Shown one piece after another: positions 1-8,438 of a stretch of DNA of 38,348 nt. The stretch's first letter is position 1; every line of letters begins with the position of its first letter. The stretch lies in assembly GCA_047639095.1 (NCBI GenBank), contig JBLIND010000010.1, positions 1 to 38,348 of the forward strand. Direction: 5' to 3'. Both the position numbers and the translations under genes were made by a program. The DNA is from Candidatus Omnitrophota bacterium. GTDB lineage: Bacteria > Verrucomicrobiota > Kiritimatiellia > SS1-B-03-39 > UBA6053. The notes below the pieces were generated by a model that had not been told where the DNA came from, searched no databases, and was given only the letters and a program-made list of their open reading frames with translations.

Positions 1-1
1 A

Positions 2-424
2 GGTGCTGCGCGTGCTTCCCTGGAAAAGAAAGTCGACCTGGAGCGAAAAATTGCTAGATTGCAACCGATGGTTGACGAGGGGCGGAATACCGCGGAAGGG
101 CTAAAAACCGAACTCTACGCCATTCAACTTCGCCTCGATGAGTCGAATCGCAAAATGAGTGAGTTGGAGACCCGGAAACGTACGGTCGATGCTCGTGAGG
201 CCCTGGAGAAGTTGCGGGAACAGCTTGGAAAGGAGAGCGCACAGGAAGCCGACGAAGAGGATGTCCTGGTGCGCGAAGTGAAGGTGGACCTGGAAAAGCG
301 CCTGCGTGAGCTGGAACAGCCGGGAGCAGAGTTTGACCGCGTTGAACTGCAGGAAAGGCTCGATGCCGAAATTGAGACCTTGGGGGAAAAAAATGTATCG
401 GATGACAAGGGAACGAACGACTAA
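2..424 (+). CDS. PspA/IM30 (Vipp1/LiaH)-family coiled-coil protein, C-terminal part; the 5' end lies outside the window
   Basis: The frame is open from nt 2 (GAARASLEKKVDLERKIARLQPM...) to the stop at 424, so the gene starts upstream of the window. The protein is strongly charged, heptad-like and coiled-coil (ELETRKRTVDAREALEKLREQL...). It sits immediately upstream of NfeD/YqiJ and flotillin genes, as in the known PspA-YdjH-YdjI type operons. The family assignment rests on composition and context, not on an alignment. Confidence 0.45.
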   Translation, partial: GAARASLEKKVDLERKIARLQPMVDEGRNTAEGLKTELYAIQLRLDESNRKMSELETRKRTVDAREALEKLREQLGKESAQEADEEDVLVREVKVDLEKRLRELEQPGAEFDRVELQERLDAEIETLGEKNVSDDKGTND

Positions 425-435
425 CGGAAGCCACC

Positions 436-1101
436 ATGCTTGAGCTATTAAAAGAATCCATCGAAATCATCAACCTGCCTTTCACGGCCTTGTTCGGTCT
501 GTGCATCCTGTATTGGTTGATGGTCATCGTAGGTGTGTTGGACGCCGAGATGTTCGACGTTGATGCCGGGGACATCGACCTGGATGCCGATGTGGATGCA
601 GATGTGGATGTCGACGGCGATGTGGATGGCCATCATTCGGGTTTCGGAGAGGTGTTGGATTTCATCACCGACGGCGACGCGCCCATTATGGTGCCGGTCA
701 CCTTGTTCACCGGGAGCATGTGGATATTCTCCGTGATGGGGAACTATTACCTGAATCCGGGCAACTCCAATCTGATCTCCGTGGGGATTCTTGCCGGGGG
801 TGGCGTCCTGGGTGTCATCATCATGAAGGTGCTGACGAAACCGGTTGCCGTACTCTACCGATTGATGAACAAGGATTACGACGCGCCGGCCGAGGTCGTC
901 GGCAGTCTGGGCTCCGTCAGTTCCATGCGCCTGGATGAACGTCTGGGTACGGTGAATGTCGAGACCAAGGGCGCCCCGATTCAATTGAACGCGAAGTATT
1001 TTGGTGGTCGCAGCCTGGACAAAGGTGCCCAGGTGGTCGTGACCGGATTTGATAAGGAAAACAACACGTACACGGTACAACCCGTAGAATTGGAGAGTTA
1101 A
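436..1101 (+). CDS. YqiJ/NfeD-like inner-membrane protein (flotillin partner with a C-terminal OB-fold)
   Basis: 221 aa with an N-terminal hydrophobic segment, an Asp-rich low-complexity linker (DAGDIDLDADVDADVDVDGDVDG), two further TM segments and a C-terminal beta-rich ~60 aa (GTVNVETKGAPIQLNAKYFGG...VVVTGFD) typical of the NfeD OB-fold. Its stop lies 1 nt before the flotillin ATG (1103). Confidence 0.6.
   Translation: MLELLKESIEIINLPFTALFGLCILYWLMVIVGVLDAEMFDVDAGDIDLDADVDADVDVDGDVDGHHSGFGEVLDFITDGDAPIMVPVTLFTGSMWIFSVMGNYYLNPGNSNLISVGILAGGGVLGVIIMKVLTKPVAVLYRLMNKDYDAPAEVVGSLGSVSSMRLDERLGTVNVETKGAPIQLNAKYFGGRSLDKGAQVVVTGFDKENNTYTVQPVELES
556..630 (+). repeat. Imperfect tandem 9-nt (GAT-GYG-GAT) codon repeat encoding the Asp-rich linker of the YqiJ-like protein
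   Basis: The sequence gatgccgatgtggatgcagatgtggatgtcgacggcgatgtggatggc gives D-A/V-D units. Confidence 0.6.
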
Positions 1102-1102
1102 A

Positions 1103-3091
1103 ATGATCATCCCTACAATGGGCATAATTCTGGAAGGGTTCCTGGTAACCCTGGCTATTGCTGTACTCGTCGTCGTCGGCCTCGTGCTGCTGATCGTAAA
1201 GTGCTATCGTAAAGTCGAGCAGGGGAAGGCGCTGATACGAAACGGCATTGGCGGAACAAAGGTCTCCTTTTCCGGCATGGTGGTCGTTCCCGTCTTTCAT
1301 AAACTCGAGGTGATGGATATCTCGGTCAAGCGGGTGGAGATTTTCCGCCACGGGGTGGACGGCCTGGTCTGTAAGGACAACTTGCGCGCAGACATCAAGG
1401 TGGCTTTTTTCGTTCGCGTAAACAAAACCAAAGAAGACGTGATGAAGGTCGCGCAGTTGCTCGGTTGCGAACGAGGGTCCGATCAAAAGGCTCTGGTGGA
1501 GTTTTTCGATGCTAAGTTTTCCGAAGCCTTGAAGACGGTCGGAAAGCAGTTCGACTTTGTGGAGCTCTACGAGGAACGCAACCGGTTTAAGGACGAGATT
1601 CTGCAAATCATCGGAACGGATCTGAATGGGTATGCACTCGACGATGCGGCCATCGACTACCTGGAGCAAACACCGCTCGACAAGATGAATCCGTTTAACA
1701 TCCTGGATGCGGAAGGTATCAAGAAAATCGAACGCTTGACCTCCGCCGAAATGTTGCTCGCCAACCAGATTAAGGTGGATCGAGAACGGACCCTGGTGAA
1801 GCAGAATAACGAGGCGAAGGAAGCCATCCTTGAACTGGATAAGCAGCTGGCGGAAGCCACCGAAAAGCAGAAGCGCGAAATTCTGGAAATCCAGGCCCGT
1901 GAGAATGCCCAGGCTGCCGTGGTGGAGCAGCAGGAATTTCTCCGGTCCGAAAACCAACGGATTATGACCGCCGAGGAACTCGCGGTCGCCGAAGAAAACA
2001 AGAATCGCCAGATTATTGTTGCGGCCAAGAACAAGGAGCGCACGGAAGCGGTGGAAACCGAACGCGTCGAACGAGATCGCCTGCTGGAAGTGACTGAGCG
2101 CGAGCGGGTGGTCACCCTGGCCGACATCGAAAAGGAAAAAGTGATCGAGGTCGAAAAGCGGAATATCCAGGATGTGATCCGCGAACGCGTGGCGCTGGAG
2201 CGCTCGGTTGTGGAGGAAGAACAGAAGATCCTCGATGTGGAAGCCTTCGCCTCTGCCGACCGGACCAAGCAGGTCTCGATCACGAATGCGGAAGAGCTGG
2301 CCCAGTCCGCCCTGGTCAAGCGTGTCCAGGACGCCGAAGCCCAAAGGCTGGCTTCTGAGAAAGAAGCTGAGCGAAAGGTCATCGAAGCGGATGCGATGCT
2401 CAAAGCGAGCGAACGTGAAGCCGAGGCCATGAAAATGCTGGCGGATGCGCACGCAGCCGAAAGTGCGGTCAAAGGCATGTCGGATGTCCAGGTGATGGAA
2501 GCGGAAGCGGAAGCCCTGCGTAAGCATGGCCTGGCAGAAGCCGAGGTCATGGACAAGAAGTACGTGGTCGAAGCGGCCGGCATCGAGGCGAAAGCGGAAG
2601 CGATGAAGAAGCTCGATGGCGTGGGTAAAGAGCACGAAGAATTCAAGCTGCGCCTGAACAAAGATCTCCAGGTGGACCTGCAGAAGATCGATGTAAGTCG
2701 TCTGATCGCGGCCGAGAATGCCAAGATCGTGGGTGAAGCGCTGAAGTCGGCCAACATCGACATCGTGGGCGGCGAAAGCACCTTCTTCGAGCAGATCGTG
2801 AATGCGGTTACGGCCGGGAAGAAGGTCGATCGCTTCGTGAACGAAAGCGAAGTCCTCACCGATGTGCGGGAGGCCTTGCTCGGCGGCGATATGGGTACCC
2901 AGCTAAAGGGCCTGGTGAAGCAATTCGGGGTGAGCAGCGAAGACGTGAAAAACCTCTCGGTCTCGGCCTTGATCGGCCGCTTGTTGGTGGATGCCAAGGG
3001 CGACGACAAGAACCTGCTGAACCAGATGTTGGAAGCGGCGAGTAAGTTCGGCGTGGCCGAGCAGCCGGCCAGTAAACTCCTCGGGAAGTAA
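1103..3091 (+). CDS. Flotillin-like SPFH/Band-7 protein (YqiK/FloT family)
   Basis: 662 aa with an N-terminal TM helix (ILEGFLVTLAIAVLVVVGLVLLIV), then an SPFH core (GGTKVSFSGMVVVPVFHKLEVMDISVKRVEIF...DNLRADIKVAFFVRV) and a long Ala/Glu-rich coiled-coil tail (EA/ER repeats). This is the classic flotillin architecture. A good RBS and the NfeD partner lie upstream. Confidence 0.8.
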   Translation: MIIPTMGIILEGFLVTLAIAVLVVVGLVLLIVKCYRKVEQGKALIRNGIGGTKVSFSGMVVVPVFHKLEVMDISVKRVEIFRHGVDGLVCKDNLRADIKVAFFVRVNKTKEDVMKVAQLLGCERGSDQKALVEFFDAKFSEALKTVGKQFDFVELYEERNRFKDEILQIIGTDLNGYALDDAAIDYLEQTPLDKMNPFNILDAEGIKKIERLTSAEMLLANQIKVDRERTLVKQNNEAKEAILELDKQLAEATEKQKREILEIQARENAQAAVVEQQEFLRSENQRIMTAEELAVAEENKNRQIIVAAKNKERTEAVETERVERDRLLEVTERERVVTLADIEKEKVIEVEKRNIQDVIRERVALERSVVEEEQKILDVEAFASADRTKQVSITNAEELAQSALVKRVQDAEAQRLASEKEAERKVIEADAMLKASEREAEAMKMLADAHAAESAVKGMSDVQVMEAEAEALRKHGLAEAEVMDKKYVVEAAGIEAKAEAMKKLDGVGKEHEEFKLRLNKDLQVDLQKIDVSRLIAAENAKIVGEALKSANIDIVGGESTFFEQIVNAVTAGKKVDRFVNESEVLTDVREALLGGDMGTQLKGLVKQFGVSSEDVKNLSVSALIGRLLVDAKGDDKNLLNQMLEAASKFGVAEQPASKLLGK

Positions 3092-3125
3092 TACTGTCTC
3101 GCGAGGACCTTTAAGACAGGACATC

Positions 3126-6100
3126 ATGGCTGACACCACACAGGAACCGGATAACCAGCAGCAGGTCGCGGAGCAGACCCATCTCGAAGGAGGTACCTAC
3201 GAGATTATCCGCAACCGGCTGCTGGGGCACGGCAAGGAGCTCCAGGCCCGTCTGGCGGAGCTGAACCAGGCACGCCAGGACGTTTTTGGATCGATTGAGA
3301 CGATACTGAAAACGACCGAGCGCGTAAGCACGGATAACAATTGTATTCCGCGCGATATCGCCCAGGTAAAAGGTGGGTTCCTGTTCGGGTATAATGTCAC
3401 TCTGGGCCTGAAGACTGAAACGCAGATCAAGGATGTCTTCAGTGAATACGCGTTGGCCGATGGCGAGCTGCGCGAAGTCGAGCTGAATCTGCTGGACGAC
3501 CCGCAGTTCAAGGTGGATTTCCAGAACCTGTATAAGTTCTACCGTGAAACCCGTTTTGTTAAATTCGCCCGGAGGGGACCCAACCTGTACATGGTGTTTC
3601 GAACCGGTAAGAGCCTTGCGGATACCAAGACCTTCAAGTGGGCGATCCTGGATGGTGGGCTGAAGTACCTGGATAACCGGAGTGATCACGAATATACTTG
3701 GCCGTCCCAGCATCAATTCGAGTGGAAACGGGCCCATCGCGATATGCATCGCGGCGGTTTGCATCCGCATATCTCGTTGGACGACATCTGTTTTGTCGAA
3801 TCGGTCGGTGGTGATATCACCATCAAGATCGAAGACAATACCGCGAGCGGGGAAGGCCTTTATGCGGAACCCGTGGAGAATCCGGATCAGACCCTCGACG
3901 ATGCGGAGGTCTTCTATTCGGTGCTCGGGCATATCGTCTTGATCAAGATTCGCCCATACCAGGAAGATGCCTTTCGCTACTTTGTCTACAATGACAAAAT
4001 CCAACGGGTTAACCGAATCGATTCCATTGAGCACACCTGCGTGCTGCTGCCGGAGAATCACGGCTTCATATTTGCCAACGGGTATTACCTGGCCGATGGA
4101 GAAACCAAGATTTTTGATAGTGCGCCCGGGGCGATGCTGTTTGAACGCCGCGTCGATGCCCAGAACGGCGAAGATTTTCTCTACGTGTTCTACAATCGGG
4201 AATACGGTGGGTATGTGCTGCTCCAGTACAATATGATTCGCCAGCAGGTGGATCCGCCGATCGTTTGCAGTGGCTACACGGCATTCGAAAATGGCGAAGT
4301 CTTTCTTTTCAAAGCGGAAGTCGAGCCCCAGAAACATCATGCGATTCAAATCTGGCAGACGCCGTTTACCGGGCCCAATTTTGTGCCCGAGGTCCGGACG
4401 GATTGCTACCTGTATAAGTTGGGGAATAAAGCGGTGGTGCGTTGCATGGCGGAATGCCAGGGCGTGGTCAATCTTCTGAACAAGGAAGAGACCTACGCGA
4501 ATCTGTACAGCGACATCGCTCGCCAGGCTGCATCCGTGGTCGATAACTACTTCTGGTTGAATACGGATGACGCGTACCATCTGGATGCACCGCTGATTGA
4601 AATCAAGACGGCTGCTGATGCTGCGGTGGAAGAATTTGCCAAGGTCACCCGCCTGAAATCCAACACCCGGAAGGAAATCAATCGGGTCTCGGCGATGGTT
4701 CAAGAGTTGATTCGCTCGATGGATCATGAGGTGCTGCGGGAAATCGGACAGTTTGTCAGCCTGTTGACTGGCTTGAGGGGTGCGCGGGGAGAGATCATTG
4801 CCACCAAGGATCTTCGCTATACCAATATCGAAGCGGTTGAGGCTTTGGAAACGGATGTGACGGAGCACACGGAGGTGTTGTCACAGAAGTGCGTGGAATT
4901 TCTGCTGCGCCAGGATGCCATGGATCCTTACCGGGCCCAGGTTAGCGAGGTAGATAAGCGGATCCGGAAACTCAACAAAGGCAGCGATGCGAAAGCTGCC
5001 GCTCAACAGATTGATGCCTGCGCAAGTGAGCTGGAAATGCTGATTGAGATCGTCAGCAATTTGAAAATTGATGATCCCACCCAGACCACCCAGATCATCG
5101 ATGGCATCTCCGACATTTACACGGAAGTCAATCAGCTGAAGGCAGCCTTGAAAAACCGCCAGATGGAACTGCTGAAGACCGAAGGCGTCGCGGAATTTAA
5201 TGCCCAGTTGAAGTTGCTGAATCAGAGCGTAGTCAGCTACTTGGAAATTTGCGACACTCCCGAAAAGTGCGACGAGTATGCCAATCGCGTGATGGTCCAG
5301 ATCGAGAGTTTGGAAAGCCGCTTCGCGGATTTCGATGAATATGTGGTTGAACTCACCGACAAGCGTGAGGAGCTCTACAGCGCGTTTGAGAGCCGTAAGG
5401 TACAGTTGCTGGAGAAGCGCTCGCGTCGGGCCAACACCCTGGCTACGGCCTCGGATCGCATCCTGAAAGGCGTTCAGCATCGAGCTAACGCACTGAAGTC
5501 GGTGGCGGAGATCAACGGGTACTTCGCGTCGGATCTGATGATCGAAAAGCTGCGGGACCAGATAGCCGAACTGAGCCTCTTGGGCGAATCCGTGAAAACG
5601 GATGACATCCTCACTCGGATCAAGACGATCCAGGAAGATGCGGTTCGGCAACTGAAAGACCGGGCCGACCTGTTTGAGGACGGCGAAAATATCATTCGGA
5701 TTGGATCGCATAAGTTTTCCGTCAACAAACAAGCCCTCGAGCTGAGTACGGTCCACCGGGATGGTGAGCTGTTTTTCCACCTGAACGGGACCGGGTTCTT
5801 TGCAGCCGTTGAGGACGAAGTGTTAACCAGCGTTCATGCGGTCTGGGAGCAGGAGGTGCTTTCGGAAAACGGCGATGTGTATCGGGCGGAATATCTGGCC
5901 TATCAACTGATGCTGGCCTGGCGTGATGACAGTGGAATATGGGATCCCACGCTGGCAAAGTTGGACGACGCGGGCTGGCAGGGGAAAGTCCAGGCTTTCG
6001 CGGCTCCCCGGTATGCTGAAGGGTATACCAAAGGCGTGCACGATCATGATGCGGCACTGATCCTCCATGCGCTGAAAACCTTTGATGAAAAACTGGGTTT

Positions 6101-8417
6101 GCTTCGATTCAGTGTGCCGTCGCGTGCTCTGGGCTTGTACTTCTGGCATGTGCAAGCCGATGAGGCCTTCGAAGCTCGAATGCTGGCCAATATTCGAAGT
6201 ACCCACCGAATACGTAAGGCGTTCGGCGGTGCAATTCCTCCTGCGGAAGTGCTGGCGGAATTGGAGCAAGCCATCTCGACCTTTGCCGAGCCCTTCACCT
6301 GCTTTAACTTGCGCCATGCCACCGATGCTGCGAGATACCTGTTTGAAGAGCTTGGCGAAGAAACACGTCATGTCATGAGTGCCCGGGCTTCCGACATTAA
6401 TCGCAAATATGACGAGACTATGAAGCGGAAACGGTTTTCTGAACCGCTGGAAAAAATTCTGGATCCCGTGCGATCTTCCCCCGTGGATCTCTACCGCATT
6501 GTGCGTGAATGGTTGGATGGTTTTGTTCGAGAGCATGGCGAAGCGGGAGATGCTGCGTATGTCGATGAGGCCGTGGTGATCTATCTGCGTGATGATTTTC
6601 AGCATCGCCTGACCATTGAGCAGGAAGCGACGGTGACGGTGGCGGAGTTAAAGGGCAACCACCCTCGGATTGACGCGAACCGTCTGATCCTGAATTACCA
6701 GGACTACATGGATCGACTCCGCCAATTCAGCTCGGAAGTGGTGCCCATGTACGAAACCTTCGTACAGCGAAGCCGCGAATTGACGGCCACCTTTACCAAA
6801 GAGCTCAAGCTCGAAGAATTTAAACCGCGTATCCTGTCTTCGTTCGTACGGAATCGCCTGCTCGATGAAATTTACCTGCCCTTGATTGGCAATAACCTGG
6901 CCAAGCAGATCGGGGCCGCGGGCGACAGCAAGCGTACGGATCGTATGGGCATGTTGCTGCTGATTTCGCCTCCGGGGTACGGAAAAACCACCCTGATGGA
7001 ATATATTGCGAATCGCCTGGGGCTTACCTTTGTGAAGGTGAACGGACCCGCCTTGGGACATGACGTGACCTCGCTGGATCCATCAGAAGCGCGGAATGCG
7101 TCGGCTCGGGAGGAGCTGAAGAAGCTGAATCTCGCCTTTGAAATGGGTGATAACATCATGCTGTACCTGGATGACATCCAGCATACCCATCCGGAGCTGC
7201 TTCAGAAATTTATTTCACTCTGTGACGGTCAGCGCAAAATCGAAGGCGTTTACAAAGGCGTAAGTCGGACCTACGACCTGCGGGGCAAAAAGGTCGCGGT
7301 AGTGATGGCGGGTAATCCCTACACGGAAAGCGGCGATAAGTTCCAGATACCCGACATGCTCGCCAACCGCGCGGATACCTACAATCTAGGTGACATCATC
7401 GGGGACAACGACGAAGCCTTCAAGCTAAGCTATATCGAAAACATGCTGACCTCGAACCCGGTGCTCAACGCCTTGTCCCGCCAAAGCCGGTCGGACATCT
7501 ATGCCATGGTGAAAATAGCCGAAACCGGAAGTCGGGATGGCGTGGAGTTCGAAGGGAATTATTCCGGAGATGAAATCGAGGAGTATACGAACACCCTGAC
7601 CAAGCTGTTGCGTGTGCGCGATGTGATCCTGAAGGTCAACGAATTGTATATCAGTTCGGCGGGCATGGAAGAGGCATATCGGGTTGAACCCTCGTTTAAA
7701 CTCCAGGGATCGTATCGGAATATGAATCGCATCGCGGAACGCGTGTTGCCGGTGATGAATGACGAGGAGCTGAATTCCCTGGTGCTCTCTTCATATGAGC
7801 AGGATTCTCAGACCCTGACCACCGGTGCTGAAGCAAATATGCTCAAATTCAAGGAGCTCATTGGCTGGTTGAGCCCGGAAGAAGCGCTGCGCTGGGATGA
7901 GATCAAAGGCAAGTTCCGGAAAAATCAGTCGATGTTCGGGATCGAAGCCGGAGATAAGATCGGCATGGTGATTGCCCAGATGGCTTCCTTCGCCGATGGC
8001 TTGGAGAATATACGCGCGGCCCTGGTTACGGGTTCATTGTCCGAGCAAAAGGACGCTGCCGGTCTTTCTCCGGAAATGCTTCAGCAGATTCAGGTGATCC
8101 TCGAGAGCCTGCGTTCCGGCAAGGAGCAGGAAGAGGTTCAGCACGAAGTGGCAACCCGCTTGCCTGATGCAATCAGTGCGATGATGGAAAACCAGTTTCA
8201 GTCGATGCAGACCTGGCTGGATCCCGTGCTCGCGACCTCAAAGCAGAATACCGATTACATGCGGGGGCTGATTGGTAATTTTAACGTCATGGTCGATGGA
8301 TACAACGATGTCTTGCGACAGTTGAAAGAGGTATACTTTCCAGAAATCGATCCGAAGATGAAAAAGGCTGATCCCTCAACCGATTCCGATGTGCTATCCA
8401 CACCACCGAAAAACTAA
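3126..8417 (+). CDS. Giant (1763 aa) protein with an internal MoxR/McrB/dynein-clade AAA+ ATPase module; function unknown
   Basis: A continuous ORF with no internal stops. It lies 35 nt after the flotillin stop on the same strand, with a short hairpin (CTGTCT..AGACAG) in the gap. Walker A LLLISPPGYGKTTLMEYIANRLG is at nt ~6960-7000, Walker B IMLYLDDIQH at ~7160-7185, and the sensor/Arg-finger-like VVMAGNPYTESGDKFQIPDMLANRADTYNLGD at ~7300-7390. The ~1270 N-terminal and ~330 C-terminal residues have no motif I recognise. The long antisense ORFs overlapping it (3111..4868, 4881..5780, 5823..6605 on the minus strand) lack any such features and are taken as spurious. Confidence 0.75.
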   Translation: MADTTQEPDNQQQVAEQTHLEGGTYEIIRNRLLGHGKELQARLAELNQARQDVFGSIETILKTTERVSTDNNCIPRDIAQVKGGFLFGYNVTLGLKTETQIKDVFSEYALADGELREVELNLLDDPQFKVDFQNLYKFYRETRFVKFARRGPNLYMVFRTGKSLADTKTFKWAILDGGLKYLDNRSDHEYTWPSQHQFEWKRAHRDMHRGGLHPHISLDDICFVESVGGDITIKIEDNTASGEGLYAEPVENPDQTLDDAEVFYSVLGHIVLIKIRPYQEDAFRYFVYNDKIQRVNRIDSIEHTCVLLPENHGFIFANGYYLADGETKIFDSAPGAMLFERRVDAQNGEDFLYVFYNREYGGYVLLQYNMIRQQVDPPIVCSGYTAFENGEVFLFKAEVEPQKHHAIQIWQTPFTGPNFVPEVRTDCYLYKLGNKAVVRCMAECQGVVNLLNKEETYANLYSDIARQAASVVDNYFWLNTDDAYHLDAPLIEIKTAADAAVEEFAKVTRLKSNTRKEINRVSAMVQELIRSMDHEVLREIGQFVSLLTGLRGARGEIIATKDLRYTNIEAVEALETDVTEHTEVLSQKCVEFLLRQDAMDPYRAQVSEVDKRIRKLNKGSDAKAAAQQIDACASELEMLIEIVSNLKIDDPTQTTQIIDGISDIYTEVNQLKAALKNRQMELLKTEGVAEFNAQLKLLNQSVVSYLEICDTPEKCDEYANRVMVQIESLESRFADFDEYVVELTDKREELYSAFESRKVQLLEKRSRRANTLATASDRILKGVQHRANALKSVAEINGYFASDLMIEKLRDQIAELSLLGESVKTDDILTRIKTIQEDAVRQLKDRADLFEDGENIIRIGSHKFSVNKQALELSTVHRDGELFFHLNGTGFFAAVEDEVLTSVHAVWEQEVLSENGDVYRAEYLAYQLMLAWRDDSGIWDPTLAKLDDAGWQGKVQAFAAPRYAEGYTKGVHDHDAALILHALKTFDEKLGLLRFSVPSRALGLYFWHVQADEAFEARMLANIRSTHRIRKAFGGAIPPAEVLAELEQAISTFAEPFTCFNLRHATDAARYLFEELGEETRHVMSARASDINRKYDETMKRKRFSEPLEKILDPVRSSPVDLYRIVREWLDGFVREHGEAGDAAYVDEAVVIYLRDDFQHRLTIEQEATVTVAELKGNHPRIDANRLILNYQDYMDRLRQFSSEVVPMYETFVQRSRELTATFTKELKLEEFKPRILSSFVRNRLLDEIYLPLIGNNLAKQIGAAGDSKRTDRMGMLLLISPPGYGKTTLMEYIANRLGLTFVKVNGPALGHDVTSLDPSEARNASAREELKKLNLAFEMGDNIMLYLDDIQHTHPELLQKFISLCDGQRKIEGVYKGVSRTYDLRGKKVAVVMAGNPYTESGDKFQIPDMLANRADTYNLGDIIGDNDEAFKLSYIENMLTSNPVLNALSRQSRSDIYAMVKIAETGSRDGVEFEGNYSGDEIEEYTNTLTKLLRVRDVILKVNELYISSAGMEEAYRVEPSFKLQGSYRNMNRIAERVLPVMNDEELNSLVLSSYEQDSQTLTTGAEANMLKFKELIGWLSPEEALRWDEIKGKFRKNQSMFGIEAGDKIGMVIAQMASFADGLENIRAALVTGSLSEQKDAAGLSPEMLQQIQVILESLRSGKEQEEVQHEVATRLPDAISAMMENQFQSMQTWLDPVLATSKQNTDYMRGLIGNFNVMVDGYNDVLRQLKEVYFPEIDPKMKKADPSTDSDVLSTPPKN

Positions 8418-8438
8418 CCTGCTACGTAAAAGGAAAAG

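Noticed and set aside
556-630. Tandem repeat considered as a CRISPR or minisatellite element
   Set aside because: It is an in-frame codon repeat within a CDS. It has no spacer-repeat architecture. No CRISPR-like array was seen anywhere in the window.
917-4868. Very long minus-strand ORFs (917..2635, 572 aa; 1657..3009, 450 aa; 3111..4868, 585 aa) antisense to the flotillin and giant-protein genes
   Set aside because: Their products are low-complexity and rich in Arg/Ser/Leu/His, with no motifs. The + strand products carry clear SPFH, coiled-coil and AAA+ signatures. Long antisense ORFs are expected by chance in high-GC coding DNA.
4881-7177. Further minus-strand ORFs (4881..5780, 5823..6605, 6648..7061, 6872..7177) inside the giant gene
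   Set aside because: The same argument applies. They would also split an uninterrupted 5.3-kb + strand ORF with a well-formed AAA+ module.
3126-8417. Possibility that the giant ORF is two fused genes (a sequencing frameshift artefact)
   Set aside because: There is no internal stop or frame change in 5292 nt, and the coding character stays uniform. It is kept as one gene. It should still be checked against orthologues.
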